Shown here in pieces: positions 27,411 through 50,535 of a DNA stretch of 64,000 bases (position 1 is the stretch's first letter; each line of letters starts with the position of its first letter). Origin of the DNA: the human T2T-CHM13v2.0 reference genome, Homo sapiens; assembly GCF_009914755.1 (NCBI RefSeq), contig NC_060933.1; one strand, 5' to 3'. The notes below the pieces were generated by a model. That model worked only from the letters and a program-made list of their open reading frames with translations, did no database searches and was not told where the DNA came from. The position numbers were made by a program, and so were the translations under genes.

Positions 27411-27513
27411 TTACTTTATGGCCAGGTGCGGTGGCTCACACCTGTAATCCCAGTACTTTGAGAGGCCGAGGCGGGCGGATCATGAGGTCAGGAAATTAAG
27501 ACCATCCTGGTTA

Positions 27514-27717
<204 letters not shown>

Positions 27718-29294
27718 TTAAAGCACTCCTCAAGTATAAATAAATATCAGCATTCTGAAAAATGAAGGGGACTGAAGGTGGTGAGTGCCAGCACATTTTT
27801 CTTCCCCAAGAGGAAAAAGAGATATGGCAAAGGATGCCGATTGAATGATAAGATGCCTAGTGTGGTTGGTGCAGGACTACCCTCATGTGTTTGGCAGTAT
27901 AAGCGGGCCTTTAATCACCCACCTGCCGGTTGTCATACTTCGCATCACCCCTCTCCCCATCACGGGGAAGGGGAGGACATGTCCCTTCCCCGACTCGTGT
28001 CTGCCAAAAATGCATTCATGCTACTATTGTTATTCCTTCTCATGCCAAATCTCATCTGTTTATTAGCCTAGGACCTGGGGCAGGGGGCAGTAAGGTTGGG
28101 GGATCACTTGAGCCCAGGAGGGCAAGGCTGAAGTGAGCCATGATAGTGCCACTGCACTCCAGCCTGGGTGACAGAGCGAGACCATGTCTCAAAAAAAAAA
28201 AAAGACAGAAATTTCTAAATTGTCTTCTATTAACAGTAATCATAAACCAGTGTACACTCTCACTAAAAATATATGAGAATGCCTATTATTCTAAACCAAA
28301 TATCAGAACTGTTGATATTTACCATGTAAGTTAAAATAGCATCTTTTTGTAGTTTAGTGTGCATTTCTTTTATTATGAAGAAGATTGGGAATCTTTTCCA
28401 GAATTTGGGGAGGTAGGTGGGTAAACAAACACAATACAAAAGTACTGTGACAAAGAGTTTTCTAGGAAGGTCAGATAAGGTCCCACAGAGGAGGTGGCAT
28501 TTGATCTAGGTCCTGAAGGATGAGGGGGAATTCCTCCATGGAGCTTATTGATCCTGGTATGTAGTCAGCCAAAATGTTCAACAACTATATGTTGACTTAG
28601 GTGATAAAATCAGCCAGGTGCAGTGTCCCACGCCTGCAATCCTAATCCCAGCACTTTGGGAAGCTGAGGTAGGAGGACCCCTTGACTGCAGGTGTTCAAG
28701 ACCAGCCTAGACAACACAGGGAGACCTCATGTTTCCAAAAGACACAAAAATTAGCCTGGTGTGGTGGCCCGCGCCTGTAAGTCCCAGCCACTCTGAAGGC
28801 TGAGGCAAGAGGATGACTTGAGCCCAGGAGCTTGAGGCAGCAGTGAGCTGTGACTATGTCAATGTACTCCAGCATGGGGAACAGAGACTCTGTCTGAAAA
28901 AAATAAAAAGAAGTTATAAAATTGAGATGTTTGGGTTGAGGTGGGAGGATTGCTTGAGTCTAGGAGTTCAAGGTTGCAGTGAGCTATAATTGCACCACTT
29001 CATTCTAACCTGGGCTACAGAGCAAGACCCTGTCTCCTTAAATAAATAAATAAATAAACACATATATAAGACATATAGGCAACAAGTTTTCTGGATGGCT
29101 AAGGGGATTTTTTGCTATACGTGGCAAGACACTGACACACAAATACCAGTACACGATTAAGCAAGCCACCCAGTATGACTGGGTCAGTCCCGGGGGAACT
29201 GGGCAGGAGCTTTATAGTGTACATCTGGTTTCTTCTACTTTTTGGATGTTAAGCGACATCTAATGGCCAAATAGGAAAAAGTCTATGTTTTCAG

Positions 29295-29603
29295 TTTCTT
29301 CTTTTCCTTTCCTTCTTTCTTTCCCTTCCTTCCTTCCTTTCTCTTTTTCTTTCTTTCTCTCTCTTCCTTCCTTCTTTCCTTTCTCTCTCCTTCCTTCCGT
29401 CCTTCCTTCCTTGTTTCATTCTCTCTCCTTCCTTCCTTCCTTTCTATCCCTTTCTCTCTTCCTTCCTTCCTCTATTTTTTCCTCCCTCCCTTCCTTCCTT
29501 TCTTCCTCTCCTTCCTTTCTTCTTTTTCTTTTCTCTCTGTCTCTCCCTCCCTTCCTTTTCTTTCTTTCTTTCTTTCTTTCTTTTTTTCTTCCTTTCTTTT
29601 TTT
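29295..29603. repeat. Polypyrimidine low-complexity tract (TTCC/TTTC/CT)
   Basis: About 300 bp almost entirely C/T, contiguous with the T-tail of a minus-strand AluJ. Confidence 0.95.
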
Positions 29604-30157
29604 GACAAGGTCTCACTCTGTTGCACAGACTGGAGTGCAGTGGCACAGTCACAGCTCACTGCAGCCTTGATGTCCCGGGTTCATATGATCCCCCCACCTC
29701 AGCCTCCTGAGTAGCTGGGACTATAGGCATGTGCCACCACGCCTGGCTAATTTTTCCGTTTTTTGGCTGCCCAGGCTGGTCCAGTATTTTATTTTCAAAG
29801 AAAATTCTCTTGTAGGAACACATACACAACCTAAAAAAAAGTTTCTCCAGATTTAAGGAAAACTTGAGTCTTATTTTTCCCTGTGAACATAGAAGAAAAC
29901 TGAATAAATTAGAGGTAAGCTAATTTTTTTTTTTTTGAGACTATTTCTCTCTTGTTGCCCAGCCTGGCATGCAATGGCAATGATCTCGGCTCACTGCAAC
30001 CTCACCTCCCGGGTTCAGGCGATTCTCCTGCCTCAGCCTCCCGAGTAGCTGGGATTACAGGCATGCACCACCATGCCCGGCTAATTTTTGCATTTTTAAT
30101 AAAGACGGGGTTTCACCATGTTGGTCAGGCTGGTCTCGAACTCCTGACCTCAGGTGA

Positions 30158-30512
<355 letters not shown>

Positions 30513-31324
30513 TGATCCACCCACCTCGGCCTCCCAAAGTGCTGGGATTACAGGCGTGAGCCACTGTGCCCGGCCTTGTGTGGTAATTTTCATCAAATGA
30601 AATAGAAAAAAAAGATGTTAGAATTGGAAGAGACCTTACATCCAATCTCCTCATTGTGTCAATAAGGAAATTTATGTCCAGAGAGAAATGATTTGCCCAA
30701 AGCCACACAGCTAGAGAGTTATTAATGCTGTAATATAGTCGTGATTTTGCTACAATGAAGAGAGGAACAGTGAATATATTTACCCATCCATTTGCAAAGC
30801 AAAAAAAAAAGGGCAAATACTTTCTGATTACTTTAAAACCTAATAATGTATAATATTGGCCATGCATGGAATTTAATACTATAATGCTCAATAATATAGT
30901 AGTTACTGGCAATTAGGGTCTTGGCCTAGGGTATTTGATTTTTCAGGCCAATAGTGGACAAAAACAGACAAATTCCTATGAATGCCAGACTACATTTCAA
31001 AAGACCCAAGTAAGATTTTGACCTCTGTAACCTGAGAGTTGCTTCCCTAATATTTCTCTTTGCCTCTTATCTGACAATAGGCAAAGATGAGGTAGGAGAT
31101 GAGTATCAAACCACATCATTTAATCAACCAACCCGTAAACATGTATATATCCCCTTTTGTATGTTTAGCATCACAAGGATTGTGGGGACACAACTGTATA
31201 CATAATGGAGAACAAGTCATGGTGAACTCACTTCTCCTACCTGTTGATAGGAGTTGAATCAAAAGCAGCTTTGAGGTAGAAGGGAAGTTACAACAATACT
31301 ATAACCACTCTTGCAGATATATTT

Positions 31325-31470
31325 ATTAACTCATTGGTAAGTATTTGTTGAGTATCTACTATATACCAGTGCTAGGGATACAACAGAAATCCAGACCCAA
31401 ACTCTCCATGAAGCTTATAACCTGGTAACTATATGCCAACAATTGTGATAAGTGCTACAAAAAGAAAGTA
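31325..31470 (-). mobile_element. L2 3' end
   Basis: TATTTGTTGAGTATCTACTATATACCAG...GCTAGGGATACA...ATAAGTGCTA. Confidence 0.65.
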
Positions 31471-31474
31471 CTGA

Positions 31475-33394
<1,920 letters not shown>

Positions 33395-33956
33395 TAATTG
33401 GACAGATTTTCTTAATTTTGAAGAATCAAATTCTTTAGGATCTGGAGATCCACTTCATTCTTTCTAATCTGTATGGTATATCACAGGATGTACCATAATT
33501 TAACCATTATCTCGTTTGATAGACATTTAGATTGCTTCCAACATTTTTCCTACAACTAAAACATCTTTACCACATATTTTCAAGCATATGAATAAGGACT
33601 TAAATAGGAGAAATCCTTTAAAATACTTTTGTTTTGTTTTTATTAGTTGGTTTTGAGACAGGGTCTCACTCTGTCACCCAGGCGGGAGTGCAGTGGTGCG
33701 ATCACGGCTCACTGCAGCCTCGACCTCCCAGGCTCAAGCATCCTTTCGCCTCAGCCTCTGAGTAGTTAGGACTAGAGGCCCTCGCCACAACACTCAGCTA
33801 TTTAAAAACAATCTTTAGTAGAGATGGGGTCTCACCATATTGCCCAGGAAAGTCCTGAGCCCCTGAGCTCAAGCAATCTGCCTGCCTCCAACTTCCCAAA
33901 GTGCTGGGATTACCGGCATTAGCCACTGCGCCCGTTCTCCTGTAAAATGCTTTCTA

Positions 33957-34219
<263 letters not shown>

Positions 34220-34222
34220 TTA

Positions 34223-34408
<186 letters not shown>

Positions 34409-34434
34409 TCAATTTGGCTGGGCACTGCGGCTCA

Positions 34435-34773
<339 letters not shown>

Positions 34774-34933
34774 CTAGCCGACGGAAATTAATAAGTAGGC
34801 AGTGAAGTCCCACTGAAGATTTTGAGGAAAGCAGTGACAGAATGACATACTAAAAGCAATATGTTAGGAAAAACCATTAAGGAGAAATTTCCAAAACTTG
34901 ACAAGCCACCATGATTTTTTTTTTTTTTTTTAA

Positions 34934-35197
<264 letters not shown>

Positions 35198-35889
35198 TGA
35201 GTAGCTGGGATTACAGGTGTGTGCCACCATGCCTGGCTAATTTTTTATATTTTTAGTACAGACAGGGTTTCACCATGTTGGCTAGGCTGCTCTCGAACTC
35301 CTCACCTCAGGTGATCCACCTGCCTTGGCCTCCCAAAGTGCTGGGATTGATTACAGGCATGAACCGCAATGCCCAGCCAAAGTTTATATTTTTAATGGAA
35401 TCATATGAAAGTAATGTTCCTATCAAATGGTTCATTTATTTGTAGAGATGTTAGCCAGTATTTTTTTTTTTTTTTTTTGAGATGGAGTCTCGCTCTGTCG
35501 CTCAGGCTGGAGTGTAGTGGCGCCATCTCGACTCACTGCATCCTCTGCCTCCTGGGTTCCAGCAATTCTCCTGCCTCAGCTTCCTGAGTAGCTGGGATTA
35601 TAGGCAGGCGCCACCTTGCCTGGCTAATTTTTTTTTTTTTAGCAGAGACTAGAAAAAATGTTTGGCCATATTGGCCAGGCTGGTCTCAAACTCCTGACCT
35701 CAGGTGATTCACCCATCTCAGCCTCCCAAAGTACTGGGATTACAGATGTCAGCCACAGCACCCAGCCCCAGTATTTCTTTGAAATACAAAATATACACTA
35801 TCCTTTTCTTTTTTGCTGCTCTAGGGGAAAATGTACATACTATCTTAAGGCAAACACAGAATATACTAAAACTAAATGCTGGCTAGTTA

Positions 35890-37193
<1,304 letters not shown>

Positions 37194-37334
37194 GTTAGAG
37201 AACCCAGATGTCTTTATATTGTAAAATTACTTTAGGTCTTTGTGCCGACAGTTTGAAGACAGCTGTCAAAGGGGACTTCTAGCTCTGGGCTCCAGTACAT
37301 TAAATAAGAAATATCCTGATGTACCCCCAGATCA

Positions 37335-37475
37335 ACCTGCATTAGAATCACTGTAGGTATTTTTACAAATATAGGTTCTGAGGCCCCACCGCATACCCAC
37401 TTAATTAGAATGGGGAGAAGGGGAGTCTGTGGTTTTACCAAGCTTTGTGAATGATTTTTAAGCATTCTGCTGCAT
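37335..37475. mobile_element. MER5-type relic
   Basis: CTGCATTAGAATCAC...GGCCCCACC...TTTTACCAAGC...TGATT. Confidence 0.55.
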
Positions 37476-37870
37476 TGCTTTCTAAACCCAGGCCTGTTTC
37501 CCACACTACTGTAATCAAGAGGGAACACTGAAGTTTCCTCAGTTCCTTCCTGTTTTTTCCTGTTTCCTTCTGCAGTGACCAACACTATCAGAAATGGCAT
37601 TTTGGCAGGGACAGGGAGTACAGGAATGGAAACAGGAAAGGCATAAACAAGACTCCTCCTCTGCCCCAGGACTCTCTCCTGTGGGTCACATTACCAATGA
37701 AGGCTTGTGAACTCTGATTTAGCTAAGTTAATTTTGTGCAAAAAAATAAATTTTGGCCCGGTGCAGTGGCTCACACCTGTAATCCCAGCACTTTGGGAGG
37801 CCGAGGCAGGTGGATCATGAGGTTAGTTCAAGACCAGCCTGTCCAAGATGGTGAAACCCTGTCTCTACTA

Positions 37871-38155
<285 letters not shown>

Positions 38156-38624
38156 TCACAAGGTCAGGAGTTCAAGGCCAGCCTGACCAAGATGGTGAAA
38201 CCCCATGTCTACTAAAAATACAAAAATTAGCTGGGTGTGGTGGCGGGTGCCAGTAATCCCAGCTATTCGGGAGGCTGAGGCAGATAATTGCTTGAACCCT
38301 GGAGGCGGAGGTTGCCAGTAAGCCAAGATTGCACCATTGCACTCCAGCCTGGGCAATAGAGGGAGACTTCATCTCAAAAAAAAAAAACACAGATTACAAG
38401 GTCCTTTAGTAGAGATGATGATACCTTAATCTAGATGATTCAAATGTAGGTAGCTCTCAGAACACACTTTGGAGAACAATGACTTAAATCCAGTGAAGAA
38501 AATCTCCAAGAAGCTGTGACAATATGTGGTCTCTTGAAATCTAGAGATTGGTGCTACATGTGATGGCTCACCCCTGTAATCCTAGCATTATGGGAGGCCA
38601 AGGCGGGTGGATCACTTGAGATCA

Positions 38625-38825
<201 letters not shown>

Positions 38826-40607
38826 TCACAGAAAGAAATCTAGAGATTAGCTACTGAATATTGACAGCTTTATCTTCCCAACTAGCAAAACGATCCCTGC
38901 TAGAAGGAACAGATTCATTTTGGAAAAAGTATTCAGTAATCTCTGAAGCACAGAAACATTTTTTTCATTCTTGCTATGCAAACAGATTGTTGGCCTTCTT
39001 CAGTGAGGCAGGCCAGGACAAAATCTCAGCAGGCCCTTTCGACAGCATTTCTCCACAAATCAAATTAGGTCAAAGAGAAAATTCAGAGCAGTCTGAGGAA
39101 GGGAAAAAAAAAGCCCTGAAATGTGTTATAAAACTGGTGGGCAGGGGACAGGGGAACATCCCACCTACTTTGTTTGCTCTGGTAAAGGCTGGTGGCTTGT
39201 CACATGAACCCCAGGCCTTCCTGTTCTCGGCAGCTGCCTTCTGAGTCACTGTGGGCTGCAGGGGAGGGCCCCCTAACATCAGGGAACCTAACAACCATAT
39301 GACTCTTAGGTGAGGCCACTGCGCCAGGCCAATTCAAAAATTAAAGAGCGACTACATTGCCGATTTTCATTTATTTTAAGAACTTCTTTACTCCGTTTTT
39401 GTCTACAACTGCAAATTAGCAGAAGACAAAAAACAAACTAGTAAGTGGAATTCACATCTGGTAAGTGAGAACTGGTGCCAGTCCTATTAGTCACCAAGAT
39501 CACTTAAGGGTGGAGTGCACTAGCAGGATAAAACATTAAACCAAAAGCAATACTTCCTTGTAACAGCTGGAGTTTCCTAAGAAATTTTTAAAATAAAAAC
39601 CTAGAATGCCTAGCAGGCAAAATACCATAGTTAGAAAAGTCAACCTTTACTTTTCTCTTTTGATTGTAGTCAACTGTTGCATAATTTTTTTTTTTTTAGG
39701 CAGAGTCTTGTTCTGTCGTCCCAGCTGGAGTGCAGTTCACTGCAACCTTCGCCTCCTGGGTTCAAGTGATTCTCCTGCCTCAGCCTCCCCAGTAGCTGGG
39801 ACTACAGGAGTATGCCACCAGGCCCAGCTAATTTTTTTTTTTTTTTGTATTTTTAGTAGAGACAGGGTTTCTCCATGTTGGCTAGGCTGGTCTCGAACTC
39901 ATGAACTTGGATCATCCACCTGCCTTGGCCTCCCAAAGTGCTGTGATTACAGGCGTGAGCCACCGCGCCTGGCCTGTTGCAGAATGTTGCTGGGTATATT
40001 ATATTATACTATGTGAATTAAGAATTCTCTATTAAACAGTTTTAAGTTGTAAGAAAGCCACCCTAAGTTTAAAACTTTCAGTCTTTTAAAACTGATGCAT
40101 TAAAGAACTACTCCAAATAAGAGAAACAACACTGAGGTGTGATTCATTTGAACTTGAGTCCCGGTTCCTTAACCCAATGCCTGGATGCTAGAGATGTTCA
40201 ATAAAGACTTAATGACTGCATAACCAACTTATTAGCTGTAGAATAGTTATAATAATTAACTTCCTTGAGCCTTTGTTTTCTCTTCTGTGATCAGGGAAGA
40301 AACCTCTTCTGTCTACCTCAGAGAATTTTTGTAAGGATCAAATAAAATAATGTGTGTTTAAGTTTTGATTTCTTTCTTTTTTCTTTTTTTTTGAGATGGA
40401 GTTTTGCTCTTGTAATCCAGGCTGGAGTGCAGTGTGGTATGATCTCTGCTCACTGCAACCTCTGCCTCTGGGGTTCAAGCGATTCTCCTGCCTCAGTCTC
40501 CCGAGTAGCTGGGGTTACAAGTGTCCACTAACACGCCCGGCTAATTTTTGTATTTTTAGTAGAGATAGGGTTTCACCATATTGGCCATGCTGGTCTTGAA
40601 CTCCTGA

Positions 40608-41003
<396 letters not shown>

Positions 41004-41544
41004 TGATTAGAGCTTTGAAATTGGGGTAGGTTTACTGAAAATAGAACTGTACCAGAGAATTGCATCTGAAATATGCAAAGCTCACCTGGATATCTCAATA
41101 GCATGGCAATAACCACCCTATAACCTTTTTAAAAATAAATCTCAGTGGAAGTGATGCTGAAATCTCTCCTTAAGGTCCTCTTTCTCAATCAACTATAATT
41201 CAGCAAACATTAAACTTCAGTTACCCGGAAAAAGATTAGGTAATAAATGTGTTAATCATAGACTGGATCATAATCAGCACCGTCACCTAAAGAATACTCA
41301 CCCCTTAAGTAATCCAAAAGAAAACTAAGAAGCAAAAATCCAGGGTTTGTTTCTCTATAACCAAAATAGAAGAATGTCCATAGTCATTACTGAGCATTAA
41401 CCATTTGAAGATCTCCTTCCTTTTAACCTCAAGACATTATAATATCTCTTCCTTACTGTCAGGAGACCTAGAGTTCTGTCCTGGCTCTGTGCCTATAGTC
41501 ATAAGTTGATCTTATCCTTAAAAACGTAAAAATCTTTGTCTTTA

Positions 41545-41844
<300 letters not shown>

Positions 41845-41924
41845 TCAAAAATAAAATAAATAAATAAATAAAATCCCTGTCTTTATTTTGAAACCAGAAC
41901 AAAGGACACAGTGTGATCTTTGCA

Positions 41925-42710
<786 letters not shown>

Positions 42711-42829
42711 TCCATGGTCATAACGAACATTTATTGAATGATTTACTGCTGTGTTTCACTTGCATCATGTCATTCATACTTTTTCTTTTTTTTTTTTGAC
42801 ACAGGTTCTTGTTCTGCGGCCCAGTCTGA

Positions 42830-43468
<639 letters not shown>

Positions 43469-44083
43469 TGATACAGGAACTAGAAAGAAATTATTTAGGC
43501 CGATACTGAGGGTTCTTACCAAGTAGCTCCTAAATCATTTCTTTTCTAACAAAGAGCAGCCTGAAAAATTGAGCTGCAGACATAAATAAGCAAGCTGGAA
43601 GCTTGCATAGGTAAATGCCAACAGCTGTGCCAATAGGAAAAGGCTAACTGGGGGTGAGGCATGTTCAACATGGAGGCTCCATTTTCCCTTTTCTTTGTCA
43701 ACCATGTGTACAGTAAAGAAACAGGCAACATGGCTCCGGCCAGATAGAGGACCATCTGCATAATAAAAGATTCGGGTGGGGTAGCCAGCTTCTTTGCGTG
43801 CTATGTAAATGGCACACCTGGTCCATCCAATCTCTCGGGCACTATGTAACTCAGACACTGCCTCCACAAGCTTGTCTACAAAACCCTTTGCGTTTCACCA
43901 TGAGACCAAAAGTCCCACTCAGGAGCCCCTCTCTCTGTAAGAGAGAGAGGTATTCCCTTTTCTCTTCCTTTTGCCTATTAAACCAATGCTCTTAAATTAA
44001 CTTCTTATGTGTCTGAGTTCTTGATTCCCTTGGCATGAGACAAGAAACCTCTGATATTTATCCCAGACGGCAACAGCGCTTCT
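43469..44083 (+). mobile_element. LTR9-family (ERV1) solo LTR inserted within an AluJ
   Basis: Starts TGATACAGGAACTAGAAAGAAATTATTTAGGC; ATTAAA polyA signal; 4-bp TSD CTGT at 43465-43468 and 44084-44087. Confidence 0.85.
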
Positions 44084-44788
44084 CTGTGACTTCAAACTCC
44101 TGGGCTCAAATGATCCACCCGCCTCAGCCTCCTGAGTACCTAGGACTTCATGCACCACCATGCCCTGCTAATTTTTAACCTTTTTTTTTTTTAGAGACTG
44201 GGTCTTGGTATGTTGCCTAGGCTAGTCTCAAACACCTGGGCTCAATTGTTTCTCCTGCCTTGGCCTCCCAAAATGCTGGAATTACAAATGTGAACCACTG
44301 TGCCCAGCCTTTTATTATCCATTCCTTAAAATAACCCTTAAACGTATAGGAACTGCTGAGATCAATTTGATAAGAAAAGTGAGAAGATAGGTGAATTGCC
44401 CAAGGTCACCCAGTCACCGTGTTGTCTTCAGTTGCTTTATCTATAAGAAGGATCTGGACTAGATAATTTCTGAAGTGCATGCTAGTGTGCACCGCTAAAA
44501 TTCTATGGCCATAATTGCAAGTTGTGAGACTGGTTCTTACAACTAAAAGTAATTGTTACCTTTAGAATCAATTATGCATTTCTGAGGCGCTTAACTATTT
44601 GAGGCTTACAGAGGGACATTTCAAGATGTTTCGTTGGAAATTTGAAAAATGAGTACCAAAATCTAAAAAAAGAAAAAAGAGAGTGAAGATGCAATCATTT
44701 CAATTAACCAGTCAGGGGAGTCTAATAACCTCTACCTGTGAGCAAGTAATACCACGAATCCATTGTTGGTTGATGCAATAAATGGTAT

Positions 44789-46330
<1,542 letters not shown>

Positions 46331-46562
46331 GTGATGGTGGTACATTATTTTGGTTTTGATCTCTGTGGTCAGGGAACAATTAAGTAAGTGATGACAAGAG
46401 GTAGGGAAAAAAAACTTCCTTTGCAAAGATTATTTAGCAGTAGAAGTAACAAAAAGATGAGTTGCAAAAAGTAAGTGGAGTTTAAGAACAGGCAAGTGGT
46501 AACAACAGCAGGTAATGACTGAGACAACGTGATAATGATAAATTTAGAGAAATGTCTTATTA

Positions 46563-47101
<539 letters not shown>

Positions 47102-48272
47102 TCACCCTATTTTATTATTTCAAATAACATTTAAACTCAAGGATAATTCACTACTTCCCTTGGTTTGAATTTTCTGCATACAGAGTTAGATTTCTTATCT
47201 CTCTGTGTATACATGCCAACCTAAAGAATGTGGATTTTTTTCACTCAAAGAGGAAAATGACTATGATTTTAAAAATTGGCATTATAATTCTGTTCTGCCT
47301 CAGAGTTCTTCCTCCCAGCCTTGTCCCTTCCCCCATTCACAGTGTATCCTTTGCTCCAGTAATATCCAATTTCCTATTGTTCCCCAATACATTCTGTCCT
47401 ATCTCTGTAACTTGGCACATGCTGTTCCCTCTAACTTCCCTTCTTACTCTTCCCTACCCTACATACCTGGCTAACTCCTATTTACCCTTCAAAGCTCAGC
47501 TCAATTAAGTATCACTTTCTCTTTGAGATCTTTACTACTATAAAACTGTAATCAATATTTTTTCTTCTTTGTACATATATTTGCATACATTCCTGATTGT
47601 GCCCTTAGTGGAAATGATTAGAAGTGGACTTCCTGTGACGGAAATTCTCTTAAAATAGTCATGAGTGATAAAATGTTTGTAAAGTCAAGCAGTTCCTGAC
47701 TTGCAAATGACAGCACAAACAAGCAGCCCCTTGTGCTTCACTATTCTTGCTCCTGGGCCCTTCTGCTGCTGATACCTGCTTCCCTTTCATAAATGCCCCA
47801 GCTATTATTTCTGGAGGAGCTTTTAAAGGTCTGGCCCAGCTCCTCTTCTTGTGCAAGAAGTCTCCTCTGTCTCTGTTGCCCTGGAGCTGTCCACCTGCCT
47901 TACCCACATCCTACCTCTCACAGCAGACAGGGGCTCCAGGCTATGGAATGTAAGATGAAAAGGAGAGAAGTTATCATTTGAGCCCGGGAGGCGGAGGTTG
48001 CAGTGAGCCAAGATAGCGCCATTGCACTCCAGCCTGGGCGACAGATGAGACTCCATTTCAAAAATAAATAAATAAATAAATAAAAAGGAGACGAGTGGTC
48101 AGATTTCAGGGACTAAACAAACATACTTTCAAGGCTTAGAAAAAGTTTTTACATGACTTATGAATTTGCTAAGTATTGGTAGGGCAGCCTAGGAACTGCA
48201 ATCTCAACTCACCATTACATTTCAACTTCCTTCAGTCTCTTTGGGAAAAGGTATTTATTCATGTATTCCTAA

Positions 48273-48323
48273 AAGTGACCAATGTGTCTTGTTTGGGACT
48301 TTTCTGGTTTTAGCATAGAAAGC
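48273..48323. mobile_element. MER81-like hAT-Blackjack half element
   Basis: AGTGACCAA...GGGACT...GGTTTTAGCA...GAAAG. Confidence 0.45.
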
Positions 48324-48403
48324 ACTGAGCTGATATCGCACCACTGCACTCCAGCCTGGGTGACATAGCAAGACTCTATCTCAAAAGAACAAAACAAAAC
48401 AAA

Positions 48404-49229
48404 AATTCCAATTTCAAATCATCTCTTTGTGACCGTATGTGACTGTATGCTTTCAGAAAAATCCAGATCACCTCTTGAATGTTTTGCTGCTTAGAAATTT
48501 CTCCTGCCAGATGCCCTAAATCATCTCTCTCAAGTTCAAAGTTCCACAGATTTCTAGGGCAGGGGCAAAATGCCACCAGTCTCTTTGCTAAAGCATAGCA
48601 AAGTGACTTTTGCTCCAGTTCCCAAAAAGTTCCTCATCTCCACCTGAGACCACCTCAGCCTGGACTTTATTGTCCATATCACTATCAGCATGTTGGTCAA
48701 AACCATTCAACAAGTTTCTAGTAAGCTCCAAACTTTCCCACATCTTCCTGTCTTCTTCTGAGCCCTCCAAGCTGTTCCAACCTCTGCTCATTACCGAGTT
48801 CCAAAGTCACTTCCACATTTTCAGGTTATCTTTATAGCAGTACCTCACTCTGTTAGTACCAATTCTCTGTATTAGTCCATTCTCATATTGCTATAAAGAA
48901 CTGCCTGAGACTGGGTAATTTATGAAGGAAAGAGGTTAAGTTGACTACAGTTATGCATGGCTGGGGAGGCCTTATGAAACTTACAATCATGGTGGAAAGA
49001 GAAGGTGAAGCAAGCACCTGCCTCACAAGACGGCAGGAGAGAGTGAGCGCAGGGAAAACTGCCACTTTTAAACCATCAGATCTCATGAGAACTCCTTCGC
49101 TATTATGAGAACAGCATAGGGGAAACCACCCCCATGATCCAATCACCTCCCACCAGGTCCCTCCCACAACACATGGGAATTACAGTTCAAAATGAGATAT
49201 GGGTGGAGACACAAAACCAAACCGTATCA
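48404..49229 (-). mobile_element. MSTA/THE1-type MaLR: 5' LTR (48868-49229) plus start of internal region
   Basis: TGTATTAGTCC...CCAAACCGTATCA LTR; adjacent internal sequence encodes the typical MaLR WNSLEGSEEDRKMWESLEL and LWNFELERDDLG peptides. Confidence 0.9.
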
Positions 49230-49410
49230 ATCCCCAATCCTCTTCTCATCCTGTGTGATCTGCCCTGGACAATCTTACTAAGTTTCCATGACTTCAACTC
49301 TCATCTGAATACTGAAGATTCCCAAATGTAGCCCAGCTTTTTATTCTGACCTCTGTTCTCTATTTCCACCCTCAGCTGGAACATCTGTACTAGGATATGC
49401 ATTGGTATTG
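49230..49410 (+). mobile_element. L2 fragment
   Basis: CCATGACTTCAACTCTCATCTGAATACTGAAGATTCCCAAAT resembles the L2 RT-region consensus. Confidence 0.5.
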
Positions 49411-49936
49411 TAGACATAGCTAAAACCCCATCACTAACATCATACTTAATGGTGAAAGATTGAATGCTTTTCCTCTAACATCAGAAATAAGACAAGCATG
49501 TCCACTTTGCCACTGCCATTCAACGGTGCACTGGAGGTTCCAGTGAGGGCTATTAGGCAAGAAAATAAATAAATACAAGGTCTCCAGATTGGAAAATAAG
49601 AAGTAACACAATCTCTACTTGCAGGTTGTATGATCTTGTATACAGAAAATTTTCAGGAGGCTGAGGCAGGACAATTGCTTGAACCCAGGAGGCAGAAGTT
49701 GCAGTGAGCCGAGATCACGCCACTGCACTCCAGCCTGGGCGACAGACGGAGACTCCATCTCAAGAAAAAAAAATTCTCTTTCATCAAAGGTGGTTTATAA
49801 ATAACAGAGGAGATAAAGTCAGTCTTTCCAGCCGGGCACAGTAGCTCATGCCTGTAATCCCAGCACTTTGGGAGGCCGAGGCGGGCAGATCACGAGGTCA
49901 GGTGATCGAGAGAGAGATTGCAGGGAGCCAAAATCA

Positions 49937-50116
<180 letters not shown>

Positions 50117-50334
50117 CTATACTAAAAATACAAAAATTAGCCAGGCATGGTGGCGGGCCCCTGTAATCCCAGCTACTCAGGAGGCTGAGGCAGGAGAATC
50201 ACCTGAACCCAGGAGGCGGAGGTGCGGTGAGCCAAAATTGAGCCACTGCACTCCAGCCTGGACAACAGAGCCAGATTCTGTCTCAAAAAAAAAAAAAAAG
50301 TGCTGGGTGTCGTGGCATGCAGCTGTGTAGTTTA

Positions 50335-50535
<201 letters not shown>

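Noticed and set aside
29285-29659. F/S/L/P-rich and K/E/R-rich ORFs
   Set aside because: Translations of the CT-rich low-complexity tract.
43657-43676. AGGCATGTTCAACATGG as a p53 response element in LTR9
   Set aside because: The second half-site is out of register and degenerate.
48376-49331. ORFs such as WNSLEGSEEDRKMWESLEL
   Set aside because: Degenerate MaLR internal/LTR sequence broken by stops and frameshifts.
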